Part shown: piece by piece, positions 1 through 11,252 of the stretch
Layout: each line of letters opens with the position of its first letter
Numbering within the stretch: the stretch's first letter is position 1
Origin: Fimbriosthenelais zetlandica
Taxonomy: Eukaryota
Reading direction: 5' to 3'
NCBI GenBank assembly: GCA_977030845.1
Contig: OZ365114.1
Location: forward strand, 17,360,001 to 17,424,000
DNA length: 64,000 bases
The notes under the pieces: model-generated
What the model was told of the DNA's origin: nothing
The model's database searches: none
What the model saw: the letters and a program-made list of their open reading frames with translations, nothing else
Made by a program: the position numbers and the translations under genes

Positions 1-3000
1 TTTGGATAAGCTTCTAGCATAATTTACATCCTACGATCCTGAATTTGATTCCATCTAATTGGGACCAGGCTAAAGATCCGCCAAATGAGATAAAGCCAGA
101 GCCCAAGGCAAGAAATTAAGGCAAATGCTGCTATGCATGAAATCTAATGAAGATAGGCATGCTGCCGCATAGCATGTAACCTAATATGGCGACGTGTGAG
201 CAGCAAGAGCCCCCACAACCCATCACCATATCACACTTAGTTTACTCCCATATCTTGTTGCTTTATTAATGACTATTCATATGGATATCACATCAAATAC
301 GCCCTTTAGTGATTGCTGTATTTCCCTGGCTTGATTTCAGCCTAGGGCTCTGCATCCTGCACACGTATATACGTCACTTCCGCTCATGTTACGTGGCAGA
401 CGCTCTGACGTCCGCTCAGTAACCTATGTTGGCCAATCACCTTCAACAAGATTGATCCGGGACATGACGGGTAAGATGGCAGGGGAACTCTTGCAGGGCC
501 AGAGCGGCTTCCAGCAGTGAGAGGGATTCAGTGAATGTGTGCAGAATCGGCTAATAGCTGCTAATCGTGGATGGCATCGATAAAAGTGAGAAGGGGCAAA
601 ATAGCTATGTTAAATAAATGAAGTTAATAGACATTGCATGGAGGACATTTTCCCCCTGTCTCCACTTTTGCTCATCATGGCTAAGCACTCGGCACAATGA
701 GTATAGCCGGCACCTAGTTGGCCATTTCTGCAGGCGGCTAGCCTAGCAAAATGAGCTGTGTTATTTTATTGTACACGTGCCAGATTAGGCTTATCAAGAG
801 CCCTTCCAGCGGGACGTGTAGTCTCGATGAGTGATGGAGGAAGGAAGGCAGGGCTCTTCTGAATTTTTTTTTCTTGCCAGAACCATCAAGTGTAGATTGT
901 CTAGCTTTCAGACATATTGTATGGGAGGCTGAATATATATCTTTCTTTCAATGAAGGTGTGGCGATTAATATTTATTGTTCTGGAACAGTTGAGACTGGT
1001 GCTAACAAAGCTGAGTGTCTTCCCATAAGTCCCATTCTAAAGTTCATCCATCATCTCATATATATTTGGGTTATCACACCGTATTATATGTTACTATTTG
1101 CACAAATTGATGAATGATTTTAAGAGTCGGTCGTGGAACGTGATTGATGGTACAGAACAAAATGGCATCGCGTTCTGGGTATAACAATATTTGGACTCAA
1201 ATGAACGGAGTCTTGTCCTAAATATCCATCATATAAATACATATATATAGGCCCTTTAAGGGATCGTCCTGAAGGTATCCAGCAATGGCTGTCCAACAGC
1301 AAGAATCTATAAAAAGTAAGGATGCTCTTATCACTTGTTTTACGTCAACACGCGATAACCATTTCATAACACCCTAAAGCCATTAAAGAGGCGACGATTC
1401 ATGCTGCTAAATCAAGCATAATTATCTCTGAAGGCCCCATGATAATCCTCCCAGAGACGGCAGATAAAAGCCACCAGAAAACCAGCCTCTTCCCCCCTTC
1501 ATTTGGCACAATTTTGGCAAATGAATCTGTCCAAAAAGAGAGGGAGAACCGGCTCCATTTCTCAGTTCGTTACGTTTAGGTTGCCAGTCCAAACATGTTC
1601 CATTGGTGGGAGTCCCCTGCTTGGATCCCAGTCGGTGGGGTATTGATTATTATGAGGTAATGAAAGGAGTGGAGACGTATCTGACAGGATTTTTTATGAC
1701 CAAGCGATGGGTTGCCATGTTGAAATGGCAATGCTCTAAGAATAGTTACGCCTATAGGGATGGATGCTTGGATGCTGGTCATTCCATACCGTTGGTGTCC
1801 ACATGAACACCTGTGAATATCTCATAGAACATTCCAATATAACCATATTATACAAGGCCTGCTTAAAGGGGGGAAAATATCTCTTGTATGCCCATATAAA
1901 GTGGTTATTGGTACTTGGTAGACTTGGTCCCATTCCCAGTTCTCATGATTTCAATTTCAGTATGCCCATGTATGACCTGCCTTCTCTATGGTGCCTCTTA
2001 TAGTTTGGCATCTTTCCCTATAGTATTATAAAAGGCTGCCATGTATTGGTCCCACTTTTGAGAGAGTCCAAAGCCACTTCTTCTTGTGTAAAACCTCTTG
2101 AGAGGGGGAGATCATATTGAAGGCTGATACTGATATGTATATACTTGTCAGTCACGGGGGAGGGCCCACTAGACTACATCTTCTGCTGACAGGCTGATAA
2201 GATAGGTGAGTGGTGAGGGAGTTGACAGTATTAGGTATCTGGACAGTCAACAGGGTAGGCAGTCAGCAAACACAGACTATAGACAGGCTGCCACTATCTC
2301 TTATTATCACCACATGCAGTCTAATATTGACTACCTGTTTTTGTGACTAAAATCTCCTCATGGTCTATACCTGTGTTTCATTTAGTCTTGTCAGCGCATT
2401 TTAAGTTGAATCGTCCAGTCTCTCAGACAGAATTCATATAACTGTTTTAGTGGGCAAGTAAATTACCACTAGCTTGGACTAGGGGAAATCTGCCAGCCTG
2501 CAGTGTGAGTTTCTGTTCAGACAAGCATGAAGGCCGGATACCACTTTCGAGCTTCGCCTCTAGAAGTACATAGTTTGGATAAAAGGTGGACCTTCATGGT
2601 AAACAGAGTCTAAAGCCATCCCTCCAAGTTGTAAATAATAATTTCCCTATCTGAAGGCCAAGCTCAAAGGAGGTTCCCTTGTCAGAGACCACGTGACGGG
2701 ACAGGAGACATGGTGTAAGACATCACTCTGCCATCACTTCCGGTGTAGCTAAGAATCTCGCCCAATCTCGGCCGGCCACAAGATGAGAGAGGCGATGTGA
2801 TTGTGCTTGACGGGCATGGGTGATGGAAGAGCACAAAGTGTACCCTTGCCTATGTGCGGCCATAGAGGCCTGTACTGCATGGATCAGGGAAAGGAGGTCA
2901 CTCGTTTTGAATAGGGGTGAATCCCTAGGTAGACATCTGCCCGAAGCCACTGTCAGAGGAGGTTTTCCTGGTTTCATAGAATAGCCAGTGAAAAGTAATG

Positions 3001-6000
3001 GGCTGTCTTTATTGAGGTGATTCAATCATCTAGAGAGTTGACCGGATCTTCTCCGATAACATTCTGATAGCTCCAATCGGCATAACTTCAAATTCTGTAA
3101 CTTTAAAATAGATTTTACTCAGTTCAAGGTTGCCTCTCTTTAAATTAATGATTTTGGTGAAGGACATCACTTTACAAGGACATACGTATATAAAAATATG
3201 AGAGATGCAGGTGAGGATTCTGACAAGGTTACGGTATTGAGGGCACAAAATGGCTCCGAGCGAAGAATTCTCTTCTGTAAGAGGAATATAGATGAGTGCT
3301 CCACCTCTTCAATGTTGAATAAGTTCACGGAGTCCCTTCCATCATGTCCCTAGAGAGGCTGTAAACCAGGGTGAAGAATATTTACAGTCAAATATCAGGA
3401 GAGTTTCTCTGCTCTATGTGGAAAAATCACGCTACTCGGCAGTTATGAAAATAGATTCGCTTTCTCTATGCCAAATAATGCGATCCTAACAACTACATGC
3501 AGTGATTTCTCCACAAATTGCTTCTGAACAAATGATTTTATTTCATAATGTCATGAAAATTGGATGTCTACATACTTAATAGTTTGTCCATGTTACTCGC
3601 TTTACAATATTAAAAGATTAATATTATATGCCATTGTGTATGCCTTGACTGAGATATCCAAATACTACCCAGAATGTCTGTGAGAAGCAAACAAAAACTT
3701 CTGGCAATGAACAGAATAGAGATGAGTCTGTTCTTCACTTACTCTAGGGGATTTTTCTTCCCACAGGCTCCTCCCAGAGGTGTCATAAAAAGCCCCTTGC
3801 AAATCCAGGGTGCCCTTCAATCAACACCAACCTTTGACCTTGCTCAACCAGAGGTCTTTGGATGGCTTGTATGTGTCTGAATGGCATATCATCCACAAAG
3901 GGGCCTTCTTGGGAATGCAAATGACCGTCAGGAATTCTCTAGGTATGCGCCATGGGAATAGGGCGCTGTTCTGAGTGGCTAGAGATTGGCCTTTCCCTCC
4001 TCGTTTTCTCCAGGATTAATGTGTGTTCTATATTGGTGTTTTGCCGGGTAAGGCGGGCTGTTCTCGAAGGTAAATGAGGCAAGATTTTCGTGAGCAATTC
4101 ACATATGGTACTAGAAGAACAGGGACAAGAGAGAACAGTTTGTACCCACAAGAAAAAAACAAACAAGATTTTAAAGGTTCCCTGTCTAAAATTAGCTTTA
4201 GTAGTACTTGAGATGGGAGAAATTAAGCTATTTACTTGAGAAGTTAATTGAATAACTAAAGACATGTGAAGGATTCCTTCGCTTAGTAGTATACAAAAGC
4301 AGGTCCGGGTAAAACCAATTAGCGTCATAGTGTGTAGTACATGGAAAGTGGCTGATTAGAACAGCATCCGCTGTGTGGGCGCACCAGCCATTTAGAATCG
4401 ATTCCAATTTAGGCTATGTGATCGATCATTATTATCGGGGAATTTTGAATTATTCTTGCTTATGATAAAAATATGAGCCACGAACAGTTGGGGCATTATG
4501 TATATGTGGGCCCTACGGTGTTCTACATTGCAGGGACTCTGAAACGGTGATAGGACTGGACCTGTTTATAGCTTAGGCACCCATGGGAAGGGAACAGAGG
4601 ATTAAAATGAATGGGGCAATGGGAGATCCATTCTCACAGAATAAAACACATGGTGCTCTAGATGGCTGGGTTATGGGCACTTAATCAATCACTCTACTGA
4701 TGGCTTGTCACTCAGGGTGGAAGCCTTAGCTGTAAACAACCCATGACCCATATCCCATCGATGACCACAAAAACCAATTCCTCTCCTGCTAGATGGTTGT
4801 CCGGCATCAAATATTTACTGCGTTACAGCAAGTGACCTACAAACCCAAAAGGTCAATTTAGAATCAGGAGAAACACCACTGCCTGTCTAAAATTGAGTAG
4901 GCCTTTTTCTACGTAAAATGTTCTCTATAATTGTCTAAAATGCCGACTAAAATGGAGCGTACAGCATGAGAGCAAAAATGTCTTTATCTAGAAGTGGCTT
5001 TATTAGCTCTTTACACATGACTATGGATGTATTTGGAGCACGACACCAAGGTAAAGAACCAGTTATGGGTGATAATTAGCCTCATACATCCAACAGATGG
5101 ATTCCTTGGTCTCCTGGGCGCATTTACTGAGTAACATAAAGAGAATGGTGGTGGATTTACACCTAATCCAAACAAACAAAAAGCCCTCACACCCGCGGCC
5201 TTGTAGGCACCCAGTACCAAAGCCTATAGCTCCATAAATGTGTTGGGGCCTTGGACAAGGTCTCAGATCAGGTGAGACCCGGAAATGACCTTGACATTGC
5301 TGGATGCCAGATAGATTTGGTCATGTGACGTCTGTGCACAGAATGATGGGACGTGTAGATTAGTCTTCCATTCGCTGCGACAACCAAATTCTAGTCATCT
5401 GACACCTTCCATGTCAGAGGTTGCTCGGCCGACTCAGAGACTGATTCCAAATGGGATTCCCTGCAACTCTTTGCATTTGGGTCAGTATGCGTTGGTGACC
5501 ATACACTTTGTCCTAGATTATGGACGTTTTGTGATAAATTAAACGGGTTAGTTATTTTGGAATGGGTGTGTTTAATAGTGTGTAGTATGAGAAGTGAATC
5601 CGACCTAACAACTGTACTACAGAACGGGTCCACACTTGACGGTGCGAGGCGAAGACAACCCTGAAGTGCCTTTCATGCAATAGTAGACATTAAAGACCGA
5701 GCTGATCCATCTCTGCCAGAGCACTTAATGGAATAGTCTCCCTTCATAATTAGATACAGTGGGAAGGCACGGCCCAGCTCTGATGGCTCGATAATTTAGA
5801 GACCAATCGCTTTTATATATTCCCACCAAAGGCATTCTTTACTCCATAAAGACACCCATTGTATGTCCTTGAGATGTTGATAGAAGGAAATGGGATAATA
5901 TAAAGTCTCTCATGGTACAGTTGGGAAATGTTTCCTTGTCTGCCATAATGGGTGTCTTCAATTGGAAAATAGGGCAAGATCAATGAAGCATCTCTCACAG

Positions 6001-9000
6001 GAACATTAGCAAAGAACCAGAATAGAGTTCCTTCATTTCATCTTATACATTTATAACTTGCTTGTTGAGCTGGACATGATGAAACATGGAACAGTGGAAA
6101 GGACACTGCAGCACTGAAAGCCATTGTTGGCCAATCCCTTATGACATTAAACATATTGTATCCTGACAGACAATGGCTGCAGGTCATATTGAATTGGATG
6201 GGGGTTGTATTTAACATACAACATCCCCGAAGCTTAATGTTGCCAGGTTTTTTTCTGGCTTCATGGAGCATAGAACGTGATTGAATATGAAATTGTCAAT
6301 TGTCCTGTGGCCTGTGGTTAACCATCAGTCCTGCAGAAATCAATTATTGAGAACATCTTCTCCATCAGGCAACTGATGAAAATGTTTTTCTTTCAAAAAT
6401 CATGCCGCTATAGCTGAAAGTGTCTGCTATACCTGGGCTATGCATATTTCACATTTTGAAACAGGTTTTTGCGGATATAGTGTAAAATACAGTTAGTCAG
6501 CTCGGATGAGGATCGATGTCCCTCCATGGGGAGAGAGGAAAATGTTGGATGTAATATAGGAATTGTAGGAAGTATTCTGTGGTGTAGAGCTAGGACTGTT
6601 GAGCCACTCTTGTATCCCACACGAGTCCCTCTATGCATAACTACATTACTGTCTCGCCACGTATTCTGCGGGCCGCTTCACTGGTCTGGAATTGGTATGT
6701 GGTCTAACAGTAGGGAGAGGGGGATCACCCATCTCAGTTGCTCCATGAGGGTGTGCTGATGTAATAGTTCCTTTGCCAAAAAAACCCTTGTTATGGCCAA
6801 TATTCCTATATGTCAGTACCCTGGAACACACCGGTCTGTTCAAATATACAAGAGAAAACTTATGACTAGTGACTGGCTGGTCAGTGGAAACCAGACCCAA
6901 GTATGTATTATGCATGGCATATATACACTATAGAAATCAGAGAGCAGTGCCCCCCACCCAAGCGAATCTGAAAGGAGAGCCCCATGCCTGACAGTTTGGT
7001 CCCTCGTAAGTAGGCCTGCTGAACATTTGGCTGCTTTATTCCCATCAATAATTCTATTTGGGGAGATTCCTTTTGTGCTGAAAATTGGATCAGATTGTTA
7101 GATATATATCTGAAGGCTATACTTTTCGCATTTCTATTGGCATAGTAATGCTAACAACGCTTGGTCGAATGGGGAATGGCGGCTCGACATAGGCAGCGCA
7201 GGTGTTTATGATGGATGTTTTCCTTCCTCTGACATGTTAAAAGTGAAATGGAAGAGTAACCTGAACTGTAGGAATCACAAGTGCATGATGTGGGTTAATG
7301 CAGGCATGTCAGAATTATCATAATCCGATGAAAGCCATTGTTATACATACACCCTTTCTGTGTACAGAGATGCGAATCGCATCATAGCTTTTTGATGGGG
7401 ATGATGTAGTCCCAGAGGAGGTACAGCACTGACAATGCTGCTATCATGCCTGTACATCAATTACATGAGTTCTATCTCGAGACACAATGCATTCGGAATT
7501 GTCACAGGATCTCCATTAGAAGAGAAGACATACCAAATATTTAACTTTGGAAACCTGGCAATCAGAACTGTCGATGCACTGTCTCGCTGAATTTAAAGCG
7601 GACTGAAATCTGTTCCAGAGGGCTGGACCCTTTATGGTCAGCTCAGTAAGTCCAATGGCAAGCTCGCCTTACAAAGCCATGGCTAGCTTGTTCCAGATTA
7701 TTCACATCATGACGGTTATTCCATAGGAGTCTTTTAAAAAGCGTTAGACCAATGGCTAATGAGGAGGACCTTTGCACTCGACCATTGCTCACCGAGTATG
7801 GCCCTTTAAGTAGCCTTGATATTATAAGCTCCATCCAGTAGAGAGAAATATGATGTCAAGTTGAGGTATTTTGTCAGTAATCTAGTCAACCTTCTACTCC
7901 CCATCAGGGACCGGTTAGGGAGAGATACACTTTGTCACCTGTGATGGATCTCACTTCTCACAGGCCTGGCTGCTCAGAGTATCATTCACTGCTACCAGAA
8001 ATAGGCACACATACTAAAGCCACAGTCTCCCTCCTTGACCCACATCCCCGTTGTACGGGTAGGCAATGATGAATCTATTGGTCCATCCAACTTAATCCTT
8101 TTCCAATTAGTTGCTAGGTCCATGTGCTGCCAATTTATCAATGGCGCACATTGAAGATTCATTACCCCAAGGCTATCATGGTCATCTATACATCTGTGCT
8201 TCATGCATGCTGCAGGATATGTTGGAGAGAGAAGAAACGGATTAAGTTCCTGCTTCTGTCTGTAGTGTTATGAAATATAGATACCACGTCTATATTGATG
8301 TCATATAATTTGGTTACTTTTGATCCTGAAGTATGGATATACCTTATTATAGACAATACACATCTTCTGATAGACCGAATTCTTTCAGGAAACATTCTTT
8401 AAATTCTTCAGGAATGTTGTACCTGTTTCTGAACCATTGAATGCCATTAGAGTTGCATCAGGGAGTGAAGGTCCCGGTGGTTATGGAACATGGCATGCCT
8501 GCCAAGAGTCGCACGGTCATTAGAAAACTGAAGGGCCATTTCCCACAATCTGTCACCATTTCCAGCTTGAAATGGAAATAGTATGTGAATGTTTATGGGC
8601 CTGGCTTTCTTACTATCCATACTATCGCCATAGATCAGGTGTTAAGCCGTTAAGGCCAGCAGGGAGCGCTGCGTGAACTCTCATGGACGATGGCACATGG
8701 TATATGTTATATGGGCCACAGAGTGCTTCTAGCTTTCTTTCCTAATAAAAAAGATCATAAATGGCAGCTGTGCAAGGCTAAACCTATCAGCTATATGGCC
8801 TTTGCCCATGCTTATCCTGATAGGAATCTGATGGCGAGTTTCCTTTCAAAGGCATGTTTTAGCAGTTTATAACATGCCGCGATCTAACACTAGCGTCGAA
8901 AATTATTAAGAGACACGGGAGACAACAATGCATGGATAAATGAAACCGATGGGACAAAGCAATGGTCAGAACATTTATCTGAAGCCAAAGAAAAGAAATG

Positions 9001-9769
9001 ACCCAACCTTTATATAAAGAGGCGTGTGTAAAATGTAAATTGAGGAAAATCATTTCCAATGATGAATCACTATAACTGAACCCGTGTAAACCCAGATTGG
9101 GCGCTGACGGAGGTTCACACCAGAGGTGCGCGGTGAGATATGGTTGAGTCTCTGAGGTGAGTCTCCTGGGATTGCACCCTGGCAATAGGTTCATTTCCCT
9201 ACCCTACTCACCCCTCTCTCTGACTGTAAATGGGCTGATAATGTAACCAACGGCCGGGACCAGCCATCACCCTGCTTAAAGCTGGGCGAGTTTCAGGGAA
9301 TTAATTTAGCACCCAAGTTGAGAGGGATTGTTCCACAAACGAGGGTGGTTGTTCAGTTTATTAGCATTGCTGATTTCGTGTATAGCGTTATTCACCTCAC
9401 TACATAACATACATAATATTAGGTATAACAATGTACTAATAGAAAGTGAGTTAAACATGTCCAAATATTACAGAAAGTCTTTGGCGTTAACATCTTGGAC
9501 GCATTTGCATGCAGTAGGACAAAGTTTTCTCTAATTTTCTCTAAATGCACCAGTATCTGTTTTTATATTGTTGCTATACATACATACATAATTATTATGT
9601 GCTGCACTATAGGTATAACCCAAATCCCCTGAACGCTAGATACCTCGCAGTAGCATATCCTCGCAATACCATATTGTTCAAATCCCACCATCAAGTTTCA
9701 AAGCCCCTGTAACATATCTTCTACTCAACTCCCAATTTTTTGTCCAAGCCGTCAATCACAAAACGACGC

Positions 9770-9850
9770 GACGTGATTGGATGAACCTCAAAAGCTAGGA
9801 GGCGTGGCCGATATTTGGCGCAGGAGCCCCATTGAAAAAAGGCGGGAAAA
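9770..9850. promoter_or_regulatory. CpG-rich promoter-like motif cluster (NF-Y, Sp/KLF, two E2F sites)
   Basis: GATTGG 9775-80, GGCGTGGC 9801-08, TTTGGCGC 9814-21 and GGCGGGAAAA 9841-50 within 80 bp; could be host promoter or transposon-borne. Confidence 0.4.
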
Positions 9851-9892
9851 CTAACGGAACACGGGGAGCAGATTTTGAGTGACAGGTCACAG

Positions 9893-10102
9893 CGTGGGAA
9901 GAGATCGCTGCCGGCGACGCATCCTGGATACGCGTCCTCAACGCCTAGCAACGCTACCGACGTAACGTCGTCTCAAGTGGTGGCGGCGGAGAGGACCGTG
10001 GGAAAGGTCGCTGACTGGCGGCGACGCATCCTGGATACGCGTCGTCAACCTTAGCAACGCTAGCGACGTAACGTCGTGTCAAGTGACGGAGAGGCCCTGG
10101 GA
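9893..10102. repeat. Two-copy ~104 bp CpG-rich tandem duplication with internal palindromes
   Basis: Core GGCGACGCATCCTGGATACGCGTC..CAAC..TAGCAACGCTA.CGACGTAACGTCGT.TCAAGTG occurs at ~9913-9979 and ~10019-10085. Confidence 0.9.
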
Positions 10103-10131
10103 ATGAAGTTTATTAAAAGGCTTTCAATAAC

Positions 10132-10340
10132 ATATGTCAACCTTGATTTATGGCAGTTTCCAATCCTAATTAGAAAGGCTCGTTACTAACTTTATCTGGT
10201 CCCTTTAAGAGATGGTTTTCCAAACATAACACTTGAATTGGGGGCCTGTCTGAATGATATGTCAACTTTGATTTATAGACCCAATGCCTGAATAGAATGA
10301 CTCCTTGAAACAAAATAAAGTTGTGCCTTTAAGAGAATCT
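10132..10340. repeat. Degenerate ~125 bp tandem duplication ending in CCTTTAA
   Basis: ATATGTCAAC(C/T)TTGATTTAT at 10132 and 10257; CCTTTAAGAGA at 10202 and 10326. Confidence 0.65.
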
Positions 10341-10725
10341 GATGGTATATATATACCCTGACATGCCACCAAAAACTTTCTGACCTGGGGATAAAGAAAC
10401 AACGAAATCATGAACTGGGAACTGGTGTTAAGCTGGTCTGGAGGGGGTTACAAACAGTTGATTGTGTCTGACGGATTGTCTGCACAAATGCTTAGCTCAA
10501 TCCTTTTGTCAGTGCAGCAAGGCGGGGGATTAGAGGCTTTGTTATCTGCTGTAATAGCAACGCCTTAGCAGGAGTCGAACAAAAGGCGATCGAAACCATC
10601 AAACTATGATCATTTATGGTGAGCCTCTACTTCTTCCCCTCATCTATTCCCCCTAATCCTCTCAGCTTTGAGAGGAGTTTTTTCTTTATTTCATTCTGTC
10701 TCATATCTCTGGATTATTATTCCAG

Positions 10726-10940
10726 GGTTCGCACAGTTTGCGCGAGCGGAAAATGGAGGAGTGTGTGATCCTCATTTGCCAGTCACTGTACTTCTGAAAC
10801 AGTCTGGTATAAATGAAGTCCAAATATACCCAATCAAAGCTCGGCCAACCAGTGGTAATAAGTCTGCTATGGGAGGGTGGTATAGGAGGTGCTGGTGTGC
10901 ATGACCATTGGCTGCCAAACATCAGGACTGTGACCTGTGT
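10726..10940 (+). other. Candidate 5' UTR exon of gene 1
   Basis: Pyrimidine-rich acceptor ending ttattattccag (AG 10724-25) and donor TGT|GTGAGT (10941); no homology to known proteins; assignment to gene 1 is inference. Confidence 0.3.
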
Positions 10941-11211
10941 GTGAGTGTCAGGAGGAAGGGGGGATTGAATGAAATGAAGTGACCACAACTTCGCGTCTGG
11001 TATTCGTCCTGGCAGTATGTGCGGGTACATGGGTGGCGTGTTGTATGCATGAGATAATTGGCCAATACTGTATACAAGCCTGTACAAGCTGGCCTAACTT
11101 TGCTAGTCACATAATGTTACGTAATTAACTGGGTCCAAACATTCTGAGCAGGTCTGCACCCAAACAATGCTGGGCGCTCATCAAGCCATGGTCAAATCTA
11201 CTGTTGGTGAA

Positions 11212-11252
11212 GGGGGTGGGTGGTGTTGTGGGATTGGGGGGGGGGGGGGGGG
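11212..11252 (+). repeat. Poly-G tract (G17 at 11236-11252) within a G-rich run; G-quadruplex-capable
   Basis: GGGGGTGGGTGGTGTTGTGGGATT followed by G17, read directly from the sequence. Confidence 0.85.
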
